From NCBI GenBank assembly GCA_023381615.1, contig JAMCQL010000065.1, positions 15,424 through 79,423 on the forward strand: DNA of 64,000 bases, read 5' to 3'. The translations under genes and the position numbers were made by a program. Origin of the DNA: Bacteroidota bacterium (GTDB lineage Bacteria > Bacteroidota > Ignavibacteria > Kryptoniales > JAKASW01). Each line of letters opens with the position of its first letter. Positions within the stretch are counted from its first letter, which is position 1. Shown here piece by piece: positions 10,082 to 20,286 of this stretch. A model generated the notes under the pieces. It had not been told where the DNA came from, searched no databases, and was given only the letters and a program-made list of their open reading frames with translations.

Positions 10082-10994
10082 TTCTGGTTACATTTATGAA
10101 AATGTCCTCAAGTGTCGGTGCAGCCTTAGTAATTGTGTATTTAGCAATTCCGTTCTTGTTCAATACCTGTTCGATGACAGAAGCAGGATCACCCGTCTCA
10201 GCGTAGACGTGAACATTGCCTCCGAAAATAGCCGCATCGGAAATCCACGGTTCAGATTCCAGCAAATTGAAGACTTCTACAGGCTTTGAGGTCTCTATCT
10301 CGAACAGCGGAAGGTCGGCAAACTGTTTTCGGATTCCTTCAGGCGAGCCGCTCACTACTATTCTCCCCAAATGCATCATGATAATACTTTCGCAGAACTC
10401 GGCCTCCTCGAGGTGATGTGTCGTGACGACAATTGTTGCACCTTCTTGAGAAAGCCGGCCGATAAGATTCCAAAACTTGTCGCGGACCACAGGATCAACA
10501 CCGCTGGTCGGTTCGTCCAGGAACACTATCTTTGGGTGGTGCAATACAGCACAGCCAAGTGCAAGTCGCTGGCGCCAACCGAGCGGCAGATCGCGCGTCA
10601 AAAGATTCTCTCTACCCTTTAAATCTGCGACTTCCACTACCCATTCAAACCTCTGTCTCAACTCGCTGTTGCCGAGTCCGTAGACACCGCCGTAGAACTC
10701 TATGTTTTCTTTCACCGTCAGGTCGCCGTACAAGGAAAACCTCTGAGACATATAACCAATATTCTGACGTACTTGCTCAGGATGATTCGCGACATCGAAT
10801 CCCGCTACCAAGGCTTCACCGGAGGTTGGCTTCGTTAATCCGCACAGCATTTTGATGGTCGTTGACTTGCCTGCTCCGTTGGCGCCTATGAATCCGATCA
10901 CTCTTCCTTCTTCAATCTCGAATGAGATTGAGTCCACGGCAGTGAAACTTCCAAACTTCTTCGTAAGGTTTACGGCTTTGATTGCGAGTGCCAT
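10074..10994 (-). CDS. ABC transporter ATP-binding protein
   Basis: Walker A GANGAGKST, LPLGWRQR signature variant, LDEPT. Confidence 0.92.
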   Translation of the reverse strand: MALAIKAVNLTKKFGSFTAVDSISFEIEEGRVIGFIGANGAGKSTTIKMLCGLTKPTSGEALVAGFDVANHPEQVRQNIGYMSQRFSLYGDLTVKENIEFYGGVYGLGNSELRQRFEWVVEVADLKGRENLLTRDLPLGWRQRLALGCAVLHHPKIVFLDEPTSGVDPVVRDKFWNLIGRLSQEGATIVVTTHHLEEAEFCESIIMMHLGRIVVSGSPEGIRKQFADLPLFEIETSKPVEVFNLLESEPWISDAAIFGGNVHVYAETGDPASVIEQVLNKNGIAKYTITKAAPTLEDIFINVTRNV

Positions 10995-11081
10995 GACTAT
11001 CTCGGATCCCTTGCTATCATGTTAGTCCGTGTTAAGAGAAATCTCTTTGTGAAATTTGCAGCTCTTATCGCTAACGGCATC

Positions 11082-12440
11082 TTATAATTGCCCGGTTGCC
11101 TTTTCTAAATTCACTCGAGCAATCTCTAGTTCCGTCAACGCCTGAGAGTAATTCAGTTTAGCCTGCAGCAATGCAACCTCTGCATCCATGAGGTCAGTGT
11201 TCGTAACAAGTCCGACTTTGAATTTCTGATCGGAAATCCTGTAGCTCTCCTCTGCATCTTTGACTGCGGTTTCGGCAACTGCAATTTTGTCCTTCGACTG
11301 TTTGAAATTCAGATAACTCTGTGTTACATCAAGATAGACCGCATCAGCCGTTTGCTGCTCGGCGAGTTCGGCTTGCTGACGTTGTGCGCGTGCTTGGTCA
11401 ACCTTCGATGCCGTCTGTCCCCAATTCCAGATGGGCAGGCTTACCACGACACTTGCATCCCACGTCTGCCTGAACGCATCGAGGGTGGGAAGGATTCTTT
11501 GGTTAGGTCGTTGGTAATAGTAATTCCCAACAACGGAAACTTGAGGTAGATATGCTCCCCACGCAGCTGCAACGGCTGCTCCAGCAGCTTTAACCTTCAG
11601 TTCCAAAGAATGCAGCTCGCTGCGATTATCGAGCGCTTCCTGCAAGAGTTTCCCAATGTCCGGCAGAGTCGTGTCACCGGCTTGCGGAACGGAAGTAATT
11701 GTGTATTCTGTATTGAGCGGAACGCCGAGGATGTTGTTCAACGCCACGGCTGCCAATCTCAGCCTATTCTGTGCATCGAGAAGCAGCAGCCGGCTGTTGG
11801 ACACTTGTACTTTTGCACTGAGAACGTCACTCTGAGTCAGCATACCCTGGGCAAGCAGGTCCTGAGCTTGTTTGTAATGCGCTTCTGTTCTATCCAAATT
11901 CTCCTGCATGAACTCATTTGCCTGCAGTGCATTGTAGACAGTCCAGTATGCCGTCGCGATTTGCACTTTGAGATCGGATTTGTTCGCTTTCGTGTCGTAG
12001 GTCGCGGCCTGCACATTGTCCCGTGCAGCCTTAGAAGCATTCTCGAGCTGAAAGCCTGTGAAGATAGGCTGTTGGACTGATAACTGGAGATCATAATTAT
12101 TATAGACATTCTGAGAGATCGGGAATGACTGGCCGCCAAAAACGGGGATGCTGGGTGGAAGAGTGAGCATAAATGTCGGGACGGGAGACAGCCGTGTGTA
12201 CCTTCCTTGAAAAGCCAGACTTGCCCATCTGGTTGAATTGACCTCATGATATTTTTCTTGAGCTACGACGGCATTTAACTCGGAAATCTTCAGGTACTTC
12301 GAATTATCCAGCCCCACTTTCATTGCCTCTTGAAGAGTGAGCGGTGTCTGTGCATACACCGAGATAGCGAAAATCATAATTCCAATAATTCCCAGTGAAA
12401 CTATTCCAATAATTTTATGCACTTTACTTTCCTCCTTCAC
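11082..12440 (-). CDS. TolC-family outer membrane efflux protein
   Basis: Signal peptide ...VYA-Q, LTLQEAM, duplicated OEP coiled-coil/beta pattern, ends LEKATG. Confidence 0.9.
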   Translation of the reverse strand: MKEESKVHKIIGIVSLGIIGIMIFAISVYAQTPLTLQEAMKVGLDNSKYLKISELNAVVAQEKYHEVNSTRWASLAFQGRYTRLSPVPTFMLTLPPSIPVFGGQSFPISQNVYNNYDLQLSVQQPIFTGFQLENASKAARDNVQAATYDTKANKSDLKVQIATAYWTVYNALQANEFMQENLDRTEAHYKQAQDLLAQGMLTQSDVLSAKVQVSNSRLLLLDAQNRLRLAAVALNNILGVPLNTEYTITSVPQAGDTTLPDIGKLLQEALDNRSELHSLELKVKAAGAAVAAAWGAYLPQVSVVGNYYYQRPNQRILPTLDAFRQTWDASVVVSLPIWNWGQTASKVDQARAQRQQAELAEQQTADAVYLDVTQSYLNFKQSKDKIAVAETAVKDAEESYRISDQKFKVGLVTNTDLMDAEVALLQAKLNYSQALTELEIARVNLEKATGQL

Positions 12441-13345
12441 GACTTTATCAGAGTTGAAAAAATATTATCTAGTGTGGCGCCTATTTCCTTCAGTGTGGCT
12501 CCACTATCGACTTCCTTTCGAACAGCATTGAAAACCGATTCCACTTTGTCCTGCGAGAATTCGGCCGTAACAAAACTTATTCTATCTCCGAGAACCACCA
12601 AATTTTCAGCAACATTAAATCGAGAGACGACAGCAAAAGCTTCTTTGAGATTTCTCGAATGTATTTCATAAACCCGCAACGCCATTTCCGACGTCAAAGC
12701 TGGAACAGTATTGTATCGCAGCAGTTTTCCTTGGTCGAACAAAGCGACCTTGTTGCAGCGCTCTGCTTCGGTTAGATACGGGGTGGCGACAAGAATAGTC
12801 ATAGAATTCCTCAAGAAAGAAGCCAAGATTAGCCAGAGTTCTCTTCTCGATACGGGATCGACGCCAGTTGTTGGCTCGTCGAGTATGAGAATTTTTGGCT
12901 GGTGGAGGACGGCGCAGCAAATACCCAACTTCTGTCTCATGCCGCCGGAAAGCTGATCGGCAAGGCGATCTTTGAAATCACTCAATCGCGCGAACTCGAG
13001 AAGTCTCTCTCCACGTTCACGCCAATCTCTGACCTTCCGAATTTTTCCAAAGAATTCAATATTCTCCCAAACCGTCAAATCGCCGTACGCTTGACTAACC
13101 TGCGACAAATAGCCTATGTCTCCTTTCAGTTCCTGTCGATTTTTTGTGAATGTCTTGTCATTGACCACAATAGTTCCGCTCGTCGGCTGCAAGGCACCTG
13201 CAAGCATCCGCAAGAAGGTTGTCTTGCCCGCGCCGTCAGGACCAATCATTCCAACCAATTCTCCCCGTTCGACGGACAACGAGACGTCATCAACCGCCGT
13301 GAGATCGCCATATTTCTTTACAAGATTTTCTACTTGGATAATCAT
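12437..13345 (-). CDS. ABC transporter ATP-binding protein
   Basis: GPDGAGKTT, LSGGMRQK, LDEPTTGVD. Confidence 0.92.
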   Translation of the reverse strand: MIIQVENLVKKYGDLTAVDDVSLSVERGELVGMIGPDGAGKTTFLRMLAGALQPTSGTIVVNDKTFTKNRQELKGDIGYLSQVSQAYGDLTVWENIEFFGKIRKVRDWRERGERLLEFARLSDFKDRLADQLSGGMRQKLGICCAVLHQPKILILDEPTTGVDPVSRRELWLILASFLRNSMTILVATPYLTEAERCNKVALFDQGKLLRYNTVPALTSEMALRVYEIHSRNLKEAFAVVSRFNVAENLVVLGDRISFVTAEFSQDKVESVFNAVRKEVDSGATLKEIGATLDNIFSTLIKS

Positions 13346-13346
13346 G

Positions 13347-13409
13347 TTAGCTTTCAGTGGTCAGCTATCAGCAATCGGCCATTGGCTAACTGCTGAATGC
13401 TGATTGCTA
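13347..13409. repeat. Degenerate heptamer repeat (TCAGCTA-type) with inverted halves
   Basis: TCAGTGG TCAGCTA TCAGCAA TCGGCCA followed by opposite-orientation TGCTGAA TGCTGAT TGCTA. Confidence 0.7.
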
Positions 13410-14372
13410 TTTTGTATAAATTGTTGCGTCAGCGGGCAGGCCGGCCTTCAGATAATTCTCAGGATTTGCGATGGCAATTTTCACCGCAAAGACCAGTTTG
13501 ATACGCTCTTGTTTCGTTTGCACATTCTTGGGAGTAAATTCTGCTGTGGGTGAAATGTAGATCACCTTCCCATCAAAGGGATGATTCGGCATTCCATCCA
13601 AGACCACTTTAGCCTTGTCGCCGAGTCTTATCCTGGCGAGCTCTACCTCACTGACGTAGACGGTCATTTTCATCGTCCGAAGATTGGAAACAGTGTAGAG
13701 TGGAGTCCCGATGCCTGCGTAATCACCCATTTCCATGAGTTTATCAAGCACAGTTGCATTGTCAAACGGACATCTTACGTAGGAATGATCGAGAGCAATT
13801 CTTGCATAATCCAAAGCTGCTTCCGCCTGTTTCACTCGAGCGGCACTTGCCCGGATTTCTTCCGGTCTTGCGTATTGACGAAGTTTTGCCAGTGTTTCCT
13901 GAGCAGACTTTAATTGTGCAGATGCGACATCGTACTGTGCTCGCGCAGCATCCATCTGCGACTGCGAGACGCTGTGCTCACCAAAAAGCTTTTTCGTCCT
14001 GTCAAATGCAAGTCTTGTAAGGTTGAAATTTGCCTCCGCCTGTTTGATACCTTCCTCGGCAACTTTCAAGTCTTCGCTTCTCGCACCTTTGACCAGCAAA
14101 TCATATTGCTGCTGAGCTATTTCGAGAGCAGCCTTCGCCTGGTTGACTTGCTGGACGAGCGACTCATGATCGATCTCGGCTAATGTGTCACCTTTCCCGG
14201 CAACCGAACCCTCTTCGTAGTTCATCTTGATGATGCGTCCTGGGACTTGCGCCGCAATAGAACTCTCAGTCGCTTCGATCGTGCCAGTGGCGGTCACGGA
14301 GGTTTTTTCTGAATTCGACCCGCAGCCAACCAAAACGACTGCAATAAGTGGAATAATAGCTAATCTCTTCAT
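13407..14372 (-). CDS. HlyD-family periplasmic adaptor lipoprotein (YbhG-like)
   Basis: Lipobox LVGC, coiled coil, AEFTPKNVQT motif. Confidence 0.9.
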   Translation of the reverse strand: MKRLAIIPLIAVVLVGCGSNSEKTSVTATGTIEATESSIAAQVPGRIIKMNYEEGSVAGKGDTLAEIDHESLVQQVNQAKAALEIAQQQYDLLVKGARSEDLKVAEEGIKQAEANFNLTRLAFDRTKKLFGEHSVSQSQMDAARAQYDVASAQLKSAQETLAKLRQYARPEEIRASAARVKQAEAALDYARIALDHSYVRCPFDNATVLDKLMEMGDYAGIGTPLYTVSNLRTMKMTVYVSEVELARIRLGDKAKVVLDGMPNHPFDGKVIYISPTAEFTPKNVQTKQERIKLVFAVKIAIANPENYLKAGLPADATIYTK

Positions 14373-14373
14373 T

Positions 14374-14970
14374 TTACTTTTTTCTTCCTTTCTCAGTGAG
14401 GATGCCCTCCGTGAAAATCCTGAAAATTTGCTTGGGAATTACTTCTTCTGTGACAGGATGCTTTGCAAGGAAATCTGAATTTAAAAGTTCTTTGGCTGCC
14501 CCCAAGTAAGCCATTGTAAATACATCGACATCAATGTCTTTTCTAATCACGCCGTTCTTCTGCCCATCCTTTAGGACGCTTGAGGCAACCTTGGTGATAA
14601 AATAGGTTACCATCGCCTGGATTTTCTTTGACACTGAAGGGACGCTGTGTATGACGTCTGCTATAAGCCTTTGCCATTTTGCATCAACAAATCCTGGAAA
14701 CATTTCCGCGACCATGCGAATCCTCTCATCCGCCGGCCCAGTATGAGACAGCAGAGCTTTAAAAACTTCCTCCGCGCGTTTAAGGCGTTGATTCACAATT
14801 TCTTCAAGGATGATCTCTTTGCTTGCAAAATATTTGTATACAGTCTTTTTGCTTATAGCGAGTTCGGAGGCAATCTCATTCATAGTCACCTTCTTGAAGC
14901 CATGCTCGGCGAATTTCTCATACGCGAGATCAAGAATCGCTTGGCGGATATCATTACCATTCGGTACCAT
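14374..14970 (-). CDS. TetR/AcrR transcriptional regulator (start re-assigned to ATG 14970)
   Basis: HTH GFKKVTMNEIASELAISKKTVYKYF; the longer track start at 15006 coincides with a -35 TTGACA box. Confidence 0.9.
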   Translation of the reverse strand: MVPNGNDIRQAILDLAYEKFAEHGFKKVTMNEIASELAISKKTVYKYFASKEIILEEIVNQRLKRAEEVFKALLSHTGPADERIRMVAEMFPGFVDAKWQRLIADVIHSVPSVSKKIQAMVTYFITKVASSVLKDGQKNGVIRKDIDVDVFTMAYLGAAKELLNSDFLAKHPVTEEVIPKQIFRIFTEGILTEKGRKK

Positions 14971-15006
14971 GGAAACTAATTTAGTATTATCAGTTTCCAT
15001 TGTCAA
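14969..15006 (-). promoter_or_regulatory. sigma70 promoter with overlapping TetR operator palindrome
   Basis: TTGACA-17 nt-TAAATT-7 nt-ATG; inverted repeat ATGGAAACT-N14-AGTTTCCAT (14969-15000). Confidence 0.75.
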
Positions 15007-15058
15007 GAGACGTCAAACTTTTTTCATAAAAGCAGCACAGGTTCTAAAGAAGGAGAGG

Positions 15059-17041
15059 TTAACTAAGTGAGAGAGGCCGCTTGATCAATTGCAAGAAGCT
15101 CTTGGCAATTATTTCAATGTCCAGCCAAATGGACTGGTTTCTTGCGTAATAGATATACAGCTTATCCACCTCTTCCGGTGAAAGCGACTGCCCGCGATTG
15201 AGCTGTACCACCCCGGTTATGCCCATCTTTCCGAAAATCTCATCACTTCCCTGCGGATAGTATTCTGAGCGGCCAACTGCCGACCATTTGCCGTCCAAGA
15301 CATCGGGTAATTTTCTAAACACTCTGCGCACTGCGCTGTCTTTTCTCAAGAGCACGACCGGAGAAAGGACAATCATCCCTATGAGCGCAAACAAAACATC
15401 AAAGAACCTCTTCACGACTCTGCTGCGGGTTCTGTTTATATTGTAGTCAATATCCACGAAAGGAACATCAGCCAATCCGTCAACATACGTTTTGCCAATA
15501 ATGACGTCCATCGTGTCAGGCACAAGTTTGAAATTGACTGCAGGGCTCTTCACGCTTGCGACTGCCTGCAGCACCTGAGAATAAGAAATCTTTCCGGAAG
15601 CAAACACGACATCATCGATCTTGCGTTCGCGCACAACTTTCGGAAGATCAGCCAAAGTTCCTAACACTTTTATTCCCAGCACGCGTGTTTCGCCCGGCGC
15701 ATCCTCAGAAATAATTCCAACGATATCGTAGCCCATCGAAATCTTTCCGCGGATTTTTTTGATCAGTTCCACTGCCTTCTCGTCCATTCCTACTACGATA
15801 GTTCTCCTTCCAAAAACCGGATGCCGGGGCGTTCCGACAGAATTCTTCAATTGATAGATCAGCCGCCAGCCCGGAATTACCAGTATCATTATCAAACTTG
15901 CGATGAGAACTATAAATCGCGAAAATGCAAACTGCTTGAAGAAATAGGTCAGCGATGAAAATAAAAGAAAAGTCAAGAGGGTTGTAAGGAACGAGAGCCT
16001 GAAAGAAAACTTGTTCTCGCCATAAATTCCGAGACCGATGCCAAACAAAACCAGCACTAATCCCGGAGCCATGTAAAAATATGGACGGCCGTAACTCGGT
16101 ATCGCATAAATCTTATGCGTCCTCAGGAATTCTCCAATGAACATCGCCGCGACACTCACCGCAAAGTCCACTATCACCGGAGAAATATTTTTGAGCAATG
16201 CAAAGAAAGCCTGTGACTGTCGGTTCAAAAGTATCGCCAATCTCAGTAATCGGGAGAGAAACGAATTCGCGCCATATCGCTTCCCAACAAAAATGCTCAT
16301 CGCGCGATAGAACTCGAAAGTCCGGTTTATATTGCTTCTTCTGGTACTTTCTCCTTTGAAATGAATCACACTGGTCTTGGGATTATAGTAGACTTTATAC
16401 CCCGCTTGTTTGATCCTGAAACATAAATCGATGTCTTCCCCATACATGAAATAATCTTCATCAAATCCGCCAGCTTCTTGAAAATTTTTTCGCGGGATAA
16501 ACATGAAGCTTCCGCTGATCGCGTCGACCTCATGCACTTCCTCGGGATTGAGATAAGTCAGATTGTAACGACCGAATAATTTGCTCTTCGGAAACAACGC
16601 GCTCAATCCGAGAATTTTCGTGAGCGCAACCCAAGGCGTCGGAAAGCTTCTTCGACAAGCTTTCTGCAGTGTTCCGTCCGCATTCAGTATTTTACAGCCG
16701 GCGGCTCCGGCATCGGGATACTGCGAATAAAACGCAAGCATCTCTTTCACTGTGCTTTCCTCAACGATCGAATCAGGATTAATTAGCAGCAAATACTCGC
16801 CTGTGGCTGCCTTTACTGCCTGGTTATTCGCTTTGCCAAAACCTACGTTAGTTCGGTTCTCAATTAAATTTACTTCAGGAAAATCTCTCCTTACGAAATC
16901 GATCGTGTCATCATCGGATGAATTGTCGACGATAATAATTTCAGAAGTTATTCCTTCAAGCGCACGACGCAGCGATGCTAACAAGTTTTCGAGAAAACCG
17001 CGAACATTATAGCTCACGATTATTACGGAAACTTTAGGCAT
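15059..17041 (-). CDS. GT2 glycosyltransferase fused to TM, CoA-binding-like and degenerate phosphoglycosyl-transferase domains
   Basis: VSVIIVSYN, LINPD, FDEDYFMYGEDIDL; C-terminal KRFFD...WLDIEII resembles Bac_transf. Confidence 0.85.
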   Translation of the reverse strand: MPKVSVIIVSYNVRGFLENLLASLRRALEGITSEIIIVDNSSDDDTIDFVRRDFPEVNLIENRTNVGFGKANNQAVKAATGEYLLLINPDSIVEESTVKEMLAFYSQYPDAGAAGCKILNADGTLQKACRRSFPTPWVALTKILGLSALFPKSKLFGRYNLTYLNPEEVHEVDAISGSFMFIPRKNFQEAGGFDEDYFMYGEDIDLCFRIKQAGYKVYYNPKTSVIHFKGESTRRSNINRTFEFYRAMSIFVGKRYGANSFLSRLLRLAILLNRQSQAFFALLKNISPVIVDFAVSVAAMFIGEFLRTHKIYAIPSYGRPYFYMAPGLVLVLFGIGLGIYGENKFSFRLSFLTTLLTFLLFSSLTYFFKQFAFSRFIVLIASLIMILVIPGWRLIYQLKNSVGTPRHPVFGRRTIVVGMDEKAVELIKKIRGKISMGYDIVGIISEDAPGETRVLGIKVLGTLADLPKVVRERKIDDVVFASGKISYSQVLQAVASVKSPAVNFKLVPDTMDVIIGKTYVDGLADVPFVDIDYNINRTRSRVVKRFFDVLFALIGMIVLSPVVLLRKDSAVRRVFRKLPDVLDGKWSAVGRSEYYPQGSDEIFGKMGITGVVQLNRGQSLSPEEVDKLYIYYARNQSIWLDIEIIAKSFLQLIKRPLSLS

Positions 17042-17046
17042 CAAAT

Positions 17047-17769
17047 TTACCTCAGTCTCAAAAATCTTAAGATTCTTCCGACACCAAGTATCAAGACAAT
17101 TTTCACGGCTTCGAAGACTATCTTCTTCGACATCTTGCTAACACCCACTCGCCGTTCCGTAAACACGATAGGCACTTCCACAATCTTGAAACCTCGACGG
17201 TAAGCCCGCACGTTCATCTCTACCTGAAAGGCATATCCGTTCGAGCGAATACCCTCCAAGCTTATGGACTTTAATACTTCGATCCTAAATGCTTTGAAAC
17301 CGCTCGTCATGTCGTTCACCGGCACACCGGTTACAACGCGTGCAAAGATGTTACCACCGTAGCTTAGCAAAAGCCGCTTCATTGGCCAATTCAGCACAGA
17401 AACGCCGAAAGCGTACCGGGAACCGATTGCGACATCTGCTTGAGATAAAGCCTGCTTAAATTTTGGAATTTCTTCCGGCTCGTGCGAAAGGTCTGCATCC
17501 ATTTCCACGACACAATCATAACCGTTTTCTATAGCATACTTGAATCCGGCGACGTATGCTGTCCCAAGCCCGGCTTTGTTCTGGCGTGTCAAGAGGTGTA
17601 CACGAGTGTCGGTCTTGGCAATACCCTCAACAATTTTCGACGTACCGTCAGGAGAATTGTCATCTACGATTAGAATCTCGGTTTCGGTATTTGAGTTTAA
17701 TACCTTCAATATGACCGAATTAATATTCTCTGCTTCGTTGAAGGTCGGAATGATAACGAGTGTTCGCAT
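17047..17769 (-). CDS. Polyprenol monophosphomannose synthase-like GT2
   Basis: IIPTFNEAENI, VDDNSPDGT, MDADLSH, GYAFQVEM; start taken at MRTLVII. Confidence 0.88.
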   Translation of the reverse strand: MRTLVIIPTFNEAENINSVILKVLNSNTETEILIVDDNSPDGTSKIVEGIAKTDTRVHLLTRQNKAGLGTAYVAGFKYAIENGYDCVVEMDADLSHEPEEIPKFKQALSQADVAIGSRYAFGVSVLNWPMKRLLLSYGGNIFARVVTGVPVNDMTSGFKAFRIEVLKSISLEGIRSNGYAFQVEMNVRAYRRGFKIVEVPIVFTERRVGVSKMSKKIVFEAVKIVLILGVGRILRFLRLR

Positions 17770-17770
17770 G

Positions 17771-18871
17771 CTACTTACCAAAATAGTTTTTGATGCTCGT
17801 CGTGATGAATTCAACCTCCTCCTCTTTCAGGTGTGGATGCATTGGAAGAGAAAGGACTTCTTGCGACAATTTTTCTGACACAGGAAAATCGCCTTTCTTA
17901 TATCCGGCATATTGATACGCCTTTTGGAGATGCAATGGAACAGGATAATAAATCGCGGAAGGTATGCCAAGTTCTTTCAGGTAATCAAAAAGTTTGTCGC
18001 GCTGACCGGTTCGAATTGTATACTGATGAAAGATGTGCTTCCTGTCCGGAAATGTACCTGGCGTAATGACATCGCCGCACAACCTTTCTGTGTACATCCC
18101 GCCAAATTTTGAACGCAATTCATTATATCTGTCAAGATGTTTGAGCTTCACACGAAGAATGGCGGCCTGGATCGAATCGAGCCGGCTGTTCACGCCGATG
18201 TAGTCGTGATAGTATTTCTTTTCGGAACCGTGAGAAGCAATCGCGCGAATCTTTGAGGCAAGCGCGTCGTCGTTTGTGAAAACCATTCCGCCATCGCCGT
18301 AAGCCCCCAAGTTTTTGCTTGGGAAGAAACTCACGCACCCGATTTTTCCGAAACTGCAAACTTTCCTGCCCCTATATTCTGCGCCAAACGCCTGAGCAGC
18401 ATCCTCAACTATCGGAATTCCTTTTGATTCAGATATCTTGAGCAGTTCTTCCATATCTGCCGGTAAACCATACAGGTGGACAGGAACAATTGCTTTGGTA
18501 CTCTTCGTGATTTTTCTCTCAACATCTTTTGGATCGATATTGAAACTTTCCTCGCGAATGTCGGCAAACACCGTCTTCGCACCGAGGAGCGCCGCGACTT
18601 CGGCGGTTGCAACAAATGTGAATGGTGTTGTAACAACTTCATCGCCAGGGCCGACGCCAAGCGCCATGAGAGAAATTTGCAGCGCGTCGGTTCCGTTCCC
18701 GCAGGCGATCGCATGCTTTACGCCGACATAACTTGCCAACTCCTTTTCCAGCTCTTTTACATCCGGTCCAAGAATAAATTGACCCAAATCGAGAACCTTG
18801 TGAATTGAATCGTCAATTTCGTTTTTCAATTCTTGGTATTGTCTTAATAAATCAACCATTTGAATTTTCAT
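17771..18871 (-). CDS. DegT/DnrJ/EryC1/StrS aminotransferase
   Basis: EDAAQAFGA, SFFPSKNLGAYGDGG PLP-lysine motif. Confidence 0.93.
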   Translation of the reverse strand: MKIQMVDLLRQYQELKNEIDDSIHKVLDLGQFILGPDVKELEKELASYVGVKHAIACGNGTDALQISLMALGVGPGDEVVTTPFTFVATAEVAALLGAKTVFADIREESFNIDPKDVERKITKSTKAIVPVHLYGLPADMEELLKISESKGIPIVEDAAQAFGAEYRGRKVCSFGKIGCVSFFPSKNLGAYGDGGMVFTNDDALASKIRAIASHGSEKKYYHDYIGVNSRLDSIQAAILRVKLKHLDRYNELRSKFGGMYTERLCGDVITPGTFPDRKHIFHQYTIRTGQRDKLFDYLKELGIPSAIYYPVPLHLQKAYQYAGYKKGDFPVSEKLSQEVLSLPMHPHLKEEEVEFITTSIKNYFGK

Positions 18872-20286
18872 TACGCATGTCCCTTTCCAGATAGCATATG
18901 TATAACCGTGTTCAAAGCAATTTTAAAATCCATTCGAAGCGACATATTCTCAATGTAGAACAAGTCATATTGCAGCTTTATCTTCACGTCATCAATACTC
19001 TGATCATAAGAGTGTTTGATCTGTGCCCAGCCTGTGATGCCCGGCTTTACCTTCAATCTCCTTTTGTAGAGCGGAATTTCTTTTGCAAGTTGTTCGACAA
19101 AAAAGGGACGCTCCGGCCTTGGACCCACTAAACTCATGTCGCCTTTTAGCACATTGATGAATTGGGGGACTTCATCAAGATGAAGTTTTCTCAAGATTCT
19201 TCCAAGTCGAGTTATGCGCGAATCATTTTTGTCTGCCCATGTCGGACCGGTGATTTTCTCGGCATTCTGGTACATCGATCGAAATTTATAAAGTGTGAAA
19301 GTCTTCCCGTCTTTGCCTACCCTGTCCTGTTTGTAAATTGCAGACCCTCTCGATTCAAGTTTCAGGACTAAAGCAATGATAAACCATAATGGCAAACCGA
19401 CCACAAGCACCGCCAGCGAAAATAGAACATCAATAGTGCGTTTCGTCGCCTCTTCCCACGGCTGCATAATCTGAGGCATGACCTCGATAAGCGGAAAGCC
19501 GTAAAGCTGGGAAACACGTGCTTGACCGCTTACGGCGTCATAGAGATCGGGAACCATTTTAACGGAAACATTCTCACCATTCATTCTCGATAAAATATCA
19601 AAAAGCCCCTCTCTCTCATTTTCCTCAAGTGCAATAATAATTTCTTGCGCATCTGAATTCTTGATGGCTGTTTCCAACTGATTCACTTCTGCCACTATCG
19701 GCGCCGGCAGGATATCACCAGAGACTTCTTTTATCCGCACAAATCCAACAGGTCTATATCCAAGAGCTTTATATTTGAGAGTCAAATTATATACATCAAC
19801 AGCTCTCTTACCTGCTCCTACGATGAGCGCATTTTGCAGGCCAAAACCTTTGATCAAGAGATTACGCTGTACCGTCCTAAGAACGACTCGCATACCCCCA
19901 GCAAACAAAACGATGAGTGCCCAATAGATAACAATGAGCAGTCTGAAGTGAGGAATTCTACCGTTGGTTGCGTCATCGAAGAAGATTGCGAAGAAAAGGA
20001 TTATGATCGCAACAGTCGAAGCCTTGGCGATCGTGGCAAACTCGTCGAACCGTGAGTGCAGCCGGGAATATCTGTAAAGTCCCCAGAACCAGAAAACAAA
20101 CATTACGAATATCGAGAGAGTGATCAGAGGGCCCCAAAAGTCTGGAACAGCGATTACACGGAAAAGACCGCTATGGACACGGATATAGTAATAAATGGAG
20201 TTGGCAAGTGCCAAGGAAAGAAAATCCGCAAACAACAGCAAAACTGGTTCGCCGTGTTTCGTCTTTAGTCTCTCGAAACTTCCCAC
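18871..20286 (-). CDS. Undecaprenyl-phosphate sugar phosphotransferase (WcaJ/WbaP-like)
   Basis: TM N-terminus, CoA-binding-like domain, KFRSM, LDEVPQ, GDMSLVGPRPE, KPGITGWAQ. Confidence 0.93.
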   Translation of the reverse strand: MGSFERLKTKHGEPVLLLFADFLSLALANSIYYYIRVHSGLFRVIAVPDFWGPLITLSIFVMFVFWFWGLYRYSRLHSRFDEFATIAKASTVAIIILFFAIFFDDATNGRIPHFRLLIVIYWALIVLFAGGMRVVLRTVQRNLLIKGFGLQNALIVGAGKRAVDVYNLTLKYKALGYRPVGFVRIKEVSGDILPAPIVAEVNQLETAIKNSDAQEIIIALEENEREGLFDILSRMNGENVSVKMVPDLYDAVSGQARVSQLYGFPLIEVMPQIMQPWEEATKRTIDVLFSLAVLVVGLPLWFIIALVLKLESRGSAIYKQDRVGKDGKTFTLYKFRSMYQNAEKITGPTWADKNDSRITRLGRILRKLHLDEVPQFINVLKGDMSLVGPRPERPFFVEQLAKEIPLYKRRLKVKPGITGWAQIKHSYDQSIDDVKIKLQYDLFYIENMSLRMDFKIALNTVIHMLSGKGHA

